In this document: piece after piece, positions 9,052 through 17,911 of the stretch | Numbering within the stretch: the stretch's first letter is position 1 | How the letters are laid out: every line of letters starts with the position of its first letter | Assembly: GCA_902793005.1 (NCBI GenBank) | Contig: CADBBQ010000002.1 | Location: forward strand, 131,243 to 195,242 | From: an uncultured Pseudomonadota bacterium | GTDB taxonomy: Bacteria; Pseudomonadota; Alphaproteobacteria; Rs-D84 | Reading direction: 5' to 3' | Length of the DNA stretch: 64,000 bases | Made by a program: the position numbers and the translations under genes | The notes under the pieces: generated by a model | Told to the model about the DNA's origin: nothing | Database searches by the model: none | The model's input: the letters and a program-made list of their open reading frames with translations, nothing else

Positions 9052-10899
9052 TTAATCAACGCTTTCCGCGAAACGATATGCTTTTTTGCGTTTACCACTG
9101 TCCAATTCTTTTTTGCGCAGACGAATTGTTGCGGGGGTGACCTCGACCAATTCGTCGTCTTGGATATAAGACAGGGCTTCTTCTAGTGATATTTTGCGCG
9201 GTGGGGCCAAGAATAATTTTTCATCCGCCGTTACCGAACGCACATTTGTTAATTGTTTGCCTTTGACTGGGTTTACCTCGATATCGTTTTCTTTGCTGTG
9301 TTCGCCGACAATCATACCGGAATAAACCTCGGTTTGTGGACCAACGAACAAAACACCGCGTGGTTCCAAATTGTGCAGGGCGTATGTTGTTGTTTGCCCC
9401 GCCTCCATCGATACCAAAACGCCGGGGCGATATTGGGCGATTGGACCACGATACAGGTCATATTTATCAAATACCCGGTTCATAATTCCGGTGCCGCGCG
9501 TGTCGGTGCGGAATTCAGATAAATAACCAATCAATCCGCGTGAAGGTGCCGAAAACACAATGCGTGTTTTGCCAATGCCGGATGGTTTCATCTCGATAAT
9601 GGTTGCCTTGCGCTTGGTCATTTTTTCGATAACAACGCCGCTGAATTCATCGTCCACATCGATAACGACTTCTTCGATTGGTTCCATTTTTTCGCCATTT
9701 TCATTTTGGTGCATAATAACACGTGGGCGGCTTACCGATAATTCGAATCCTTCACGGCGCATTGTTTCAATTAAAATACCCAACTGTAATTCGCCGCGAC
9801 CGGAAACCTCGAAAGATTCGTTATTGGCACTTTGTGTGACTTTTAATGCGATGTTTGTTTCGGCCTCGCGGAATAAGCGTTCGCCAATCATACGTGATGT
9901 TAATTTTTTACCGGATTTTCCCGCCAATGGTGACGTGTTCACAAAAAATGTCATAGTTAATGTTGGTGGATCAATCGGTAATGCCGGAATAGGTTCGGTG
10001 ACACTTGGGTCGCATAATGTATCCGCCACGGTTGCTTTGCTAAAACCGGCGACAACCACAATATCGCCCGCCGATGCAGAATCACGCGATACTTTTTGTA
10101 CACCCGCGTGTTCGATGATTTTTGTGATTTTTGCCGTTTCAACCAAATCGCCGGCCATATTGATTGCTTTGACCGTTTGGCCGACACGGACGGTACCAGA
10201 TTCAATTTTACCGGTTAAAATGCGTCCGACATATGGGTCGGCCTCTAACGTTGTGGCCAACATTTTAAATGGTGCATCCAATTGACAACGTGTGCCGTTG
10301 CAATCCGGTGCCGGTACGTGGTCCACAATCAGTTGGAACAATGGTTTTAAATCTTTGTTTGGGTTGTTTATTTCGCTTAAATCGCGAACCGCCCAACCGT
10401 CGCGGCCAACAGCGTACAGATATGGGAAATCCAATTGTGCGTCGTCCGCGCCCAATTTATCAAACAAATCAAATGTTTCGGTCAAAACTTCTTCGGGACG
10501 GGCGTCGGCACGGTCAACTTTGTTAATGCATACAATCGGGCGCAGTCCCAGTTTTAATGCCTTGGATAACACGAATTTTGTTTGGGGCAGGGGACCTTCG
10601 GCACTGTCAACCAGCAACACCACACCATCCACCATAGACAAGATGCGTTCAACTTCGCCACCAAAATCGGCGTGGCCCGGGGTGTCAACGATATTGATTT
10701 TATATTCGCCCCATTGGATAGATGTCGGTTTTGCCGAAATTGTAATGCCGCGTTCGCGTTCAATGTCGCCACTGTCCATAACGCGGTCTTCGACCTTTTC
10801 ATTGGCACGGAATGTTCCGGCCTGTTTCAACATATTGTCAACCAGGGTTGTTTTCCCGTGGTCCACGTGTGCAATAATTGCAATGTTGCGAATTTTCAT
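9052..10899 (-). CDS. typA: translational GTPase TypA/BipA
   Basis: IRNIAIIAHVDHGKTTLVD, DTPGHADFGGEVER and NKVDR motifs. 615 aa with EF-G-like domain order. Confidence 0.97.
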   Translation of the reverse strand: MKIRNIAIIAHVDHGKTTLVDNMLKQAGTFRANEKVEDRVMDSGDIERERGITISAKPTSIQWGEYKINIVDTPGHADFGGEVERILSMVDGVVLLVDSAEGPLPQTKFVLSKALKLGLRPIVCINKVDRADARPEEVLTETFDLFDKLGADDAQLDFPYLYAVGRDGWAVRDLSEINNPNKDLKPLFQLIVDHVPAPDCNGTRCQLDAPFKMLATTLEADPYVGRILTGKIESGTVRVGQTVKAINMAGDLVETAKITKIIEHAGVQKVSRDSASAGDIVVVAGFSKATVADTLCDPSVTEPIPALPIDPPTLTMTFFVNTSPLAGKSGKKLTSRMIGERLFREAETNIALKVTQSANNESFEVSGRGELQLGILIETMRREGFELSVSRPRVIMHQNENGEKMEPIEEVVIDVDDEFSGVVIEKMTKRKATIIEMKPSGIGKTRIVFSAPSRGLIGYLSEFRTDTRGTGIMNRVFDKYDLYRGPIAQYRPGVLVSMEAGQTTTYALHNLEPRGVLFVGPQTEVYSGMIVGEHSKENDIEVNPVKGKQLTNVRSVTADEKLFLAPPRKISLEEALSYIQDDELVEVTPATIRLRKKELDSGKRKKAYRFAESVD

Positions 10900-10969
10900 A
10901 TGTTCATTCCTATTTTTTTCGTAATAAGTGTATAGATTATACTATATTTTTGTAAAATCAACAATAAAC

Positions 10970-10998
10970 AAAAAAAATGCCCGTTTGGGCATTTTTAT
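10970..10998 (-). terminator. rho-independent terminator of serS (hairpin flanked by A-run and T-run)
   Basis: ATGCCC (10977-10982) pairs with GGGCAT (10987-10992). On the minus strand the hairpin is followed by T8. Confidence 0.75.
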
Positions 10999-11000
10999 TT

Positions 11001-11044
11001 ATAAAGTTTAATGGAAACCACCAATCTTGGTGCGGCCACCCATC
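11001..11044 (-). repeat. pseudo-copy A of the serS 3' end (last 11 codons + stop + 7 nt)
   Basis: The reverse complement reads ATG GGT GGC CGC ACC AAG ATT GGT GGT TTC CAT TAA. The native end is ATG GGT GGT CGC ACA AAG ATT GGT GGT TCC CAT TAA (11187-11222). Confidence 0.85.
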
Positions 11045-11085
11045 ACACTTCGCCAAGGCTTCGTGTGACAAGTCCGTTAGTGTTT

Positions 11086-11113
11086 ACCACCAATCTTGGT
11101 GCGGCCACCCATC
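11086..11113 (-). repeat. pseudo-copy B of the serS 3' end (partial)
   Basis: ACCACCAATCTTGGTGCGGCCACCCATC is identical to the corresponding part of copy A. Confidence 0.85.
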
Positions 11114-11186
11114 CGCCTTCGCCGATAATTGTAAAGTTTGTTTTGTAATTATGAACAATGCTACGGCGCGATTGGGTGGATAAAGT

Positions 11187-12467
11187 TTAATGGGAACCAC
11201 CAATCTTTGTGCGACCACCCATTAATGGTTGCAGGCATTTTGGAATATTCACCGAACCATCCGGGTTTTGGTGGTTTTCGATAATTGGCACTAATGCGCG
11301 TGGCAGGGCAATTCCGGTGTTATTTAATGTTGCGACAAATTTAACCTCGTTCGTGCCGTTTTCGCGGAAACGGGTGTTTGTGCGGCGTGCCTGGAAAGTG
11401 CCGATTGACGAACAAGAACCCAATTCACGGTATGTGTTTTCGGACGGAATCCACGCCTCGACATCGTTCATTTTAACCTTGTTGAATCCCATATCGCCGG
11501 TTGAATTTGCAATGACTCGGTATGGTAATTCAAAGTCCGCCATAATTTCGCACAAGTTGTTTAACAGCAATTCGTGCATTTCGTCGGAATCTTCGGGGCG
11601 ACAGAATATAAACTGTTCAACCTTTTTGAATTGATGAACGCGAACCAGTCCCCTTGTATCGCGGCCGGCGGCGCCAGCCTCGCGCCGGAAACAGGGTGAA
11701 AATCCGGCAAATTTTAACGGCAGTTCGGATTCTGGTAAAATTTCGCCCGCAAATAAAGAATTCATTATGATTTCAGATGTCCCCGCCAAACAACGGTCGG
11801 TATCCGCCAACATAAATACATCGTTGTTCATAACCGACATATCGGAACCGATAAAATGTCCGGCATTGAATATTGTCTGGGGTTTTGTGATTGACGGACA
11901 ATCGATGTATTTGAAGCCTTTGCTGATTAATTTTTGAATTACATATGTTTGAACCGCCAATTCCAATTCCGCCAATTCACCACATAATGCATATACGCGC
12001 GACCCGCACGTGTTTGCAATTTTTTCCGGCATCCACCAATTATTCATATCCAATAAATCCCACTGGGGACGCGGGGTAAAATCAAATTTGCGCGGGGTGC
12101 CAACGGTTTTGACAACCGTGTTTGCCGTGTCGTCCGCACCAACAGGCGCCGTGCTATCTGGGATTTGTGGCACGCGATGCATTAAATCGTTTAATTTTTC
12201 TTCCGCCGTGGCCAATTCCGCCATATCCGCCGCGATTTCGTCGGAAATTTCCTTGCTGCGTTGAATCAAAGGTGCTTTGTCGGTTGCAGTTGGAATTTCG
12301 CGTGAAATTTTATTTTTTTCCGCGGTCATTGTTTGGGTTATTGTTTTTAATTCACGCACACGCGCGTCCGTTAATAATAATTCATCAACCACATCAGGAA
12401 AATTTTTAACACGGCACGCATTGCGAACGATGTCTGGATTTTCACGAATAAATTTTATATCCAACAT
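11187..12467 (-). CDS. serS: serine--tRNA ligase
   Basis: MLDIKFIREN N-terminal coiled-coil arm; class II motifs FRREAGAAGRDTRGLVRVHQFKKVE and GTGIALPRALVPIIENHQ. Confidence 0.96.
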   Translation of the reverse strand: MLDIKFIRENPDIVRNACRVKNFPDVVDELLLTDARVRELKTITQTMTAEKNKISREIPTATDKAPLIQRSKEISDEIAADMAELATAEEKLNDLMHRVPQIPDSTAPVGADDTANTVVKTVGTPRKFDFTPRPQWDLLDMNNWWMPEKIANTCGSRVYALCGELAELELAVQTYVIQKLISKGFKYIDCPSITKPQTIFNAGHFIGSDMSVMNNDVFMLADTDRCLAGTSEIIMNSLFAGEILPESELPLKFAGFSPCFRREAGAAGRDTRGLVRVHQFKKVEQFIFCRPEDSDEMHELLLNNLCEIMADFELPYRVIANSTGDMGFNKVKMNDVEAWIPSENTYRELGSCSSIGTFQARRTNTRFRENGTNEVKFVATLNNTGIALPRALVPIIENHQNPDGSVNIPKCLQPLMGGRTKIGGSH

Positions 12468-12468
12468 T

Positions 12469-13374
12469 TTAATTATCCTTTGTATTTATATATGCGATGG
12501 CCGACATAGCAGCGGCGCATCCAGAACCAACGGCGGTTGCAACCTGCATTTGAATACCACTTTTTTCGTCGCCCGCAACAAACATACCGCGGGGCAGGTT
12601 GTCGTCCATTACACGACCCATATTGTCGCGTTTTATTTCCTCGGTCAAGTAATCTGTGTTAGCCTCGTGCCCGATGGCGACAAAAATTCCGTCGCAAACA
12701 ATTTCACGGCCATCTGTTGTTGTTGCAATTAATTCGCCAGATTCCGAATCAGATTTTTTACGAATTGATTTTAATTCGGTGTTAAATACGGCCGTGATAT
12801 TTTCGCGTGCCGCAACACGGTCACGGACAATGGCCTCGGCCCGGGTGAACGCAGATTTACGGTAAATAATTTGAACGCTTTGTGCCAAATCCGACAAATA
12901 CAGGGCGTCGTTTAATGCACTGTTTCCGCCGCCGATGACCAATACGCGTTTGCCAGAATAGAAAAATCCATCACAGGTTGCACAATATGAAACACCCGCG
13001 CCCAATAATTCGCGTGCGCCTTCGATTTCCAATCGCCGTGCACGTGCGCCCGTTGCCATAATGACGGCGGGGGTGGTAAATGTCTTGCCATTATCACAGG
13101 AAATTGTGTATGTGAAATTGCCGTCCCATTTGATATTGGTTGCAGATGCATAAACAATTTCGGCACCAAAACCGGTGGCTTGTTTTAATGTTGCCTGAAT
13201 CCAGTCCATACCGGAACCCATATATCCCGGAAAGTTTTCCAAATTGGCAATTTCCGATGTTTGACCGCCCAGCGTGTCGCCCGCGATTATCAATGTTTTT
13301 TTATTTGCACGTGCCGCATAAATTGCCGCCGTCAGTCCCGCCGGACCCGAACCCAATATTATAATGTCATACAT
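12469..13374 (-). CDS. trxB: thioredoxin-disulfide reductase
   Basis: The start is taken at MYDIIILGSGPAGLTAAIYAAR (ATG 13374). CATCDGFFY redox centre and GGGNSA NADPH motif are present. The upstream 20 codons of the ORF look non-coding. Confidence 0.93.
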   Translation of the reverse strand: MYDIIILGSGPAGLTAAIYAARANKKTLIIAGDTLGGQTSEIANLENFPGYMGSGMDWIQATLKQATGFGAEIVYASATNIKWDGNFTYTISCDNGKTFTTPAVIMATGARARRLEIEGARELLGAGVSYCATCDGFFYSGKRVLVIGGGNSALNDALYLSDLAQSVQIIYRKSAFTRAEAIVRDRVAARENITAVFNTELKSIRKKSDSESGELIATTTDGREIVCDGIFVAIGHEANTDYLTEEIKRDNMGRVMDDNLPRGMFVAGDEKSGIQMQVATAVGSGCAAAMSAIAYINTKDN

Positions 13375-13469
13375 TTTTTTATTCCTATATTCTTTCGTTT
13401 CCCCAGCATAGCATAGCGCCCCCCGGGGGGTCAATTTATTTATTTCGGTTTGTTTGGGGTGTGGTTTTA

Positions 13470-13478
13470 TGATATAAT
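13470..13478 (+). promoter_or_regulatory. extended -10 promoter TGaTATAAT, likely leaderless transcript
   Basis: The -10 ends at 13478 and ATG 13485 is the 7th nt downstream. There is no Shine-Dalgarno. Confidence 0.45.
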
Positions 13479-14336
13479 TTGGCTATGTTTTATCAGATTT
13501 TATTTTTTATTGCATTATTTATTCCAATTGGTGCGCGTGCAGATGATGGGGCAGGGTTGAATTTGGCATTGCAAAAAACATATATGGCCTGTGTTGGAAT
13601 AGATGATTTGTTGGGGGATATGAAAAAAATTGCCGGGATAAATACCGGTGTTGCCGGTGTTGGAACGGTGGCGGGCGCGGGTGCGGTGATTGTCGGAATT
13701 AAAAATCACAATGATTTGTTTGGTGATTTAAGAAAGATGGAAAATGATGAAAATTTTTCTCCGTCTGGGGTTGGAATGTTAACAATCAGGCGGAACCCGA
13801 ATTTCCAGGTGAATATAAAATCAAAAAAATCTGGTAATTTGGGAAATTGGCGGACTGGTTTGTTGGCGGCTAATACCGCGGCAAATGTTGCAGGTGCGAT
13901 TTTGGCAACAAAAAATACTTCGTCTGATGATGAATTAAATGCGCGGGTTGGGGATTGTATATCGGCGGTGAATAATTTGCAAAATGTTATAATTCAATCG
14001 CGCGCAAATGGTGTGGATGTGACCGAGGCGACAGAAATTTATACGGCGTGTTCAGAATATAAATATGTTGATTTATCAAAAATTAAAAAACGTGCACGCG
14101 GGGCAAAGGTTTCCGCAATTGCTGGTGGGGTTGTTGGGGGCGCGGGTGTCGTCACCAGTCAGATTGCAAATCATTCTGACCGGGTAAATGCCGAAAAAAT
14201 AGATACGGCGGCAAATGTTTTGGCGGGTGGTGCAACGGCGTTATCGGGGGCGGCAACGGTGTTTAATGCAACGGAAATATCGGTAATTAAAAAAGTTGCC
14301 GATGTGGCACAAAATTGTGAAAAAGTTTTGAAATGA
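13479..14336 (+). CDS. secreted/membrane-associated protein with repeated Gly-zipper segments
   Basis: Signal-like N-terminus FFIALFIPIGARA. Repeated segments GINTGVAGVGTVAGAGAVIVGI, VSAIAGGVVGGAGVVTSQIA and VLAGGATALSGAATVF are each preceded by a Cys-containing helix. The start is probably ATG 13485. Confidence 0.6.
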   Translation: MAMFYQILFFIALFIPIGARADDGAGLNLALQKTYMACVGIDDLLGDMKKIAGINTGVAGVGTVAGAGAVIVGIKNHNDLFGDLRKMENDENFSPSGVGMLTIRRNPNFQVNIKSKKSGNLGNWRTGLLAANTAANVAGAILATKNTSSDDELNARVGDCISAVNNLQNVIIQSRANGVDVTEATEIYTACSEYKYVDLSKIKKRARGAKVSAIAGGVVGGAGVVTSQIANHSDRVNAEKIDTAANVLAGGATALSGAATVFNATEISVIKKVADVAQNCEKVLK

Positions 14337-15250
14337 AAAAAATAGTTTTGTTTTTTTGCACGATATTCTTTGTAAATGCATCAAATGTGTATGCAGCGTA
14401 TTTTTATGCGGATGCGTTAACAGATGCAGTCCAAGAAACATTTCCACAAAATTTATGGTCAGATGTGGCAAATGAATATATGGCACAAATGAATCCGACA
14501 ACCGGCGAGATAGATGAGGCAGGGATGGCTAATGTGTGCTATGTCGGTGGGTATGATATTTCAACCGATACTGGCGCCGAAAAATGTGATGCGTTTGTGA
14601 AAAATGTTGCGTCAAAGTGTGTGTATGCATACAGCGCGGGAAAAAATTTATATACAAATCCACAAACGGTGGAACAAAAAATTCAAAAATGTATTTTTGA
14701 TGATGCCATAGATTATGCGTTGACATATGAACAAGGTTTTCAACAAACACGGTCTGATCCGGGAAATCGTATATGTGGGCCGGATGGTAAACCAATAAAG
14801 GATAATCGTGGGGATTATTTGTTGGGTGCAACGAAATATGGCGTGACAACTTGTGCATCGCGGTTGTCTGTGGACTGTATTAAAAAAATGAGTGTTGCAG
14901 ATGCCAAATTATTGTATTGGACACGGCATTATTATAAATACAAATATTATAAATTACCGCCACAGGTTTTGGCCGCCGTGGTACAATTTTCTGTGGGTGG
15001 GATTGGTACGGTTGCCGGTGAATTGCGTGATACCGTTGGGGCCACGCGTTGTGAAAAAACATCTGTGATGACAGATTGTGTCGTGGATGCGGTGAAAAAA
15101 TATTTGGAAAGACATACGCTGGATGAATTTTATAACGCAATATCAAATAAACGCGCCGCCAAACGTTCGGGCAAAGCCCGCGAGCGTGCGTTGCGTGTGC
15201 CAGCAGAGTTGGGAAATTCGTATCAGCGGTGTGTCGATAAATACAAATAA
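14333..15250 (+). CDS. secreted GH108-like N-acetylmuramidase
   Basis: A signal peptide, then ALTYEQGFQQTRSDPGN...GATKYGVT...AKLLYWTRHYY...LPPQVLAAVVQFSVGGIGTVAGELR. This matches the GH108 pattern hEGGyvndpnDpGG.TkyGIt...YW...LP...vfD.avN.G, with an insertion of about 20 aa. The ATGA overlaps the upstream gene. Confidence 0.55.
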   Translation: MKKIVLFFCTIFFVNASNVYAAYFYADALTDAVQETFPQNLWSDVANEYMAQMNPTTGEIDEAGMANVCYVGGYDISTDTGAEKCDAFVKNVASKCVYAYSAGKNLYTNPQTVEQKIQKCIFDDAIDYALTYEQGFQQTRSDPGNRICGPDGKPIKDNRGDYLLGATKYGVTTCASRLSVDCIKKMSVADAKLLYWTRHYYKYKYYKLPPQVLAAVVQFSVGGIGTVAGELRDTVGATRCEKTSVMTDCVVDAVKKYLERHTLDEFYNAISNKRAAKRSGKARERALRVPAELGNSYQRCVDKYK

Positions 15251-15255
15251 ACCTG

Positions 15256-15756
15256 TTATTTATTAAAGTGTTTCTTTAATGTGTTGTATGCGGTGGTTAT
15301 CTTGGTAAATTCGGCCGTCGCGGATGATTTGTCGGTGGCGGTGTCGGGATGGTATTTTTTTGCCAGTTGCCGATATTTTGTGCCAACCTCGCGCCAGGTG
15401 GCCGTCGGGGCCAGGCCCAATGTTTTTAATGCGCCACTGATTGATGTGGGCAGTTTGCTTTTTGGTGGTGTGTGGTCAAATGTGCCGCGGCCAGTTAGAA
15501 AATCATTTAAAAATTTTATATAATCGGCCTCGTCAGCATTGGCCTTGTTTTTTTCTTTTAATGGTGCGCCAAATGTTTCGCGTTCCCAATCAGCCTCAAT
15601 CTCTTCGGGGGTCATATCGGCATAATAATTCCAATTTTTATTGTATTCGGCCGCGTGCGCAGTACAAAAATGCCAGTATTCTTTTAAATCACGATTTTTC
15701 GGTGCGCGGCACGTGCCCGCCTTGGTGCACCCCGGATGGTCGCATTTTGTTATCAT
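15256..15756 (-). CDS. J-domain (DnaJ-like) protein
   Basis: The C-terminal WREVGTKYRQLAKKYHPDTATDKSSATAEFTKITTAYNTLKKHF contains the HPD motif. The N-terminal region is Cys/His-rich. Confidence 0.75.
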   Translation of the reverse strand: MITKCDHPGCTKAGTCRAPKNRDLKEYWHFCTAHAAEYNKNWNYYADMTPEEIEADWERETFGAPLKEKNKANADEADYIKFLNDFLTGRGTFDHTPPKSKLPTSISGALKTLGLAPTATWREVGTKYRQLAKKYHPDTATDKSSATAEFTKITTAYNTLKKHFNK

Positions 15757-16619
15757 TGTTCAACCTTTGCTTTATTTGATAATGGATGATATTTTTCCAC
15801 CGTTTCGCGTAATTGATCCGGCAAAACGTGAGTATATATTTGAGTTGTTGAAATGTCTTCGTGGCCCAGCATCGTTTGTATCGCGCGCAGATTTGCGCCA
15901 CCCGACAACAAGTGTGATGCAAATGAATGACGCAGAACGTGTGGGGACACGCGTGTCGGGTCAATCCCAGATAACACGGCACATTTTTTTAATATTTTAA
16001 AAAATCCATCACGTGTTATGTGGCCAGATTGACCGGTGCCGGGAAACACATATTTTGAATCAATGTCGCCACGCGCGTCCAGCCATTTGTTTAATGCATT
16101 TATTGCGCCCGCGTGCATTGGAACCATACGTTCTTTGGCACCTTTGCCGTGAATCAACAAGTGGTCGCCCAAAATTGCCGTCATTGGTAATTCGCATAAT
16201 TCAGATACGCGCAATCCCGATGCATATACCAATTCTAACATCGCGCGTAAACGCGTGGATGTTTTTATGTCGCCGGCCGATGAAATCAATAAATCTATTT
16301 CGTCAACCGATAATAATTTGGGCAGTGGTCGCGTGCGTTTTGGTAATTCAATATTTTTTGTTGGGTTGGTTGTGATTATTTTTTCCAACATTAAAAATTT
16401 ATAAAATCCACGCAGGGCACTGGCCTTGCGGGCAATACTGGATGCCTTGTCCGGTAAGTTTGATAAAAAATTTTGTATGTCTGATTCCGTGGCATTCATC
16501 AATCCGTTTGGCAATGCGGCGTCCGCCTGGGCCAGGTCAGATGCATAACCCATCAATGTTTTCTCGCTGCGTCCACGTTCCGCGGCCAGAGCCTCTAAGA
16601 AAATATCAATGTAATTCAT
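15753..16619 (-). CDS. xerD: site-specific tyrosine recombinase XerD (XerC/D family)
   Basis: RLRAMLELVYASGLRVSELCEL, HGKGAKERMVP and SPHVLRHSFASHLLSGGANLRAIQTMLGHEDISTTQIYTHV (R..HxxR..Y catalytic set). Confidence 0.8.
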   Translation of the reverse strand: MNYIDIFLEALAAERGRSEKTLMGYASDLAQADAALPNGLMNATESDIQNFLSNLPDKASSIARKASALRGFYKFLMLEKIITTNPTKNIELPKRTRPLPKLLSVDEIDLLISSAGDIKTSTRLRAMLELVYASGLRVSELCELPMTAILGDHLLIHGKGAKERMVPMHAGAINALNKWLDARGDIDSKYVFPGTGQSGHITRDGFFKILKKCAVLSGIDPTRVSPHVLRHSFASHLLSGGANLRAIQTMLGHEDISTTQIYTHVLPDQLRETVEKYHPLSNKAKVEQ

Positions 16620-16744
16620 GGATACAATTCTAATTCAATTGTTGTTTGGGTTGGTGCGAAATACATAATCATAAATGCAACCAGTATGATTATAAATATC
16701 CAAATTAAAATCTTTTTTGTATTTGTTTTCTTTTTTAATGGCAT
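16616..16744 (-). CDS. 42-aa single-pass membrane peptide, translationally coupled to xerD
   Basis: The minus strand reads MPLKKKTNTKKILIWIFIIILVAFMIMYFAPTQTTIELELYP*. Its TGA overlaps the xerD ATG (ATGA at 16616-16619). It is too short for the ORF track. Confidence 0.35.
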   Translation of the reverse strand: MPLKKKTNTKKILIWIFIIILVAFMIMYFAPTQTTIELELYP

Positions 16745-16763
16745 TTAAAAATCCCTTGGCATA

Positions 16764-17825
16764 TTAAATTGTATCAAAATGTTCGATAAATGCGCCGGCA
16801 ACGGCGATTATGATAATAGGTGGCGCGATAATTGCCAATATCGGTGGCAGTGCACCCGTCGCCCCCAATGCGTTAAATGTATTGATTAAGAAATACATTA
16901 AAAAACACGTGATAATACCAATACTGAATTTTAATCCAAAATTAAAGTTTCGGCGTTGACGCGTTTGCGAAAATGCGATTCCCAATGTCGTCATTGCAAT
17001 CATTGTTAATGGCAAAAACAGTAGTGTCCAAAATTGAACCATATGTCCACGCACAGGTGCGCCAATCGAAGTCATTTTTTGTATAAAGTGGGGTAATTCC
17101 CAAAATGAAATCTGGTTCGGTTGTAAATATCGGTCCAGCACGGTTTGTGGGGTTGTTTTTGTTTTTACTTCCCATTTTGTCTGTTTGGCATTGCCCGCAT
17201 TGTCCCAAATTTGTGCGTTGTCCGATGATAAACCGTTTTGTGATAATGTGACGCGTTTGGCATCAATACGGTTTTCCAATTTGAAATTTTTATTTTGCAC
17301 AAATATCTTTGCATCAATAAAAACCAAATCATTGTTTTGTTTGGTCATATCACGCGCCGATAAAGTTAAAAAGTGGTCGCCACCATCTTCGCGTAACCAA
17401 ATTGCGTTATCAACCAATTGTAAATCGTGATTGTTCAGATTTTTCGCACTGATATTCACAAAATATGGATTTATTATTGTTGTGGCAAAAATACCAATGA
17501 TTGCGGCCCCAAATAAAAATGGACGTGCAATTTGATATGGGGATTGACCGGCACTGGATATAATAATTGCCTCGGACGATTTGGTCAGGTTATACATCGC
17601 CAGTAATGTTCCCATAAATACCGCCAATGGTAAAAACATCGGGATGTATTCCAATAATCGTATCCACGCATCCATAATTGCAGATATCGTATCCGGATTC
17701 GACGGCAGGCGTTCAACAAATGTTATTGCGTAAATAATTCCGCATACAATAAGTAATATTAATCCCGTGCCACCAAAAAATCGGCGTAATAAAAATCTGA
17801 ATAAAATATTTGGCTTTAAATGCAT
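16764..17825 (-). CDS. LPS export permease LptF/LptG family (YjgP/YjgQ)
   Basis: 353 aa with an N-terminal FLLRRFFGGTGLILLIVCGIIYAITFVERL, a central periplasmic domain and three C-terminal TM segments. Confidence 0.8.
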   Translation of the reverse strand: MHLKPNILFRFLLRRFFGGTGLILLIVCGIIYAITFVERLPSNPDTISAIMDAWIRLLEYIPMFLPLAVFMGTLLAMYNLTKSSEAIIISSAGQSPYQIARPFLFGAAIIGIFATTIINPYFVNISAKNLNNHDLQLVDNAIWLREDGGDHFLTLSARDMTKQNNDLVFIDAKIFVQNKNFKLENRIDAKRVTLSQNGLSSDNAQIWDNAGNAKQTKWEVKTKTTPQTVLDRYLQPNQISFWELPHFIQKMTSIGAPVRGHMVQFWTLLFLPLTMIAMTTLGIAFSQTRQRRNFNFGLKFSIGIITCFLMYFLINTFNALGATGALPPILAIIAPPIIIIAVAGAFIEHFDTI

Positions 17826-17911
17826 ATCAGGGAAATTATAGACTTTTCATTTGGCAATTGCAAAATTAAAATGAAAGTGTATAATTTCGCCGTATAATTT
17901 ATGTAAAACAG

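Noticed and set aside
9560-10924. 241-aa and 210-aa plus-strand ORFs inside typA, with similar antisense ORFs at 21267-21836, 26644-27288, 29594-30343, 46381-47013, 53020-53748, 56148-57310 and 63097-63756
   Set aside because: All are embedded antisense to, or out of frame with, well-supported conserved genes. They have no start signals, and they are explained by the stop-poor antisense phase.
13405-13430. AGCATAGCATAGC repeat and perfect CCCCCCGGGGGG palindrome upstream of trxB
   Set aside because: A single short occurrence with no second half-site or recurrence elsewhere in the window. It could be an operator, but there is no supporting evidence.
13479-15250. Prophage remnant (also considered for the GH24 gene at 32349-34217)
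   Set aside because: No capsid, terminase, portal, tail, integrase or repressor genes are nearby. The lysozyme-type genes have signal peptides or TM anchors and host-like codon usage.
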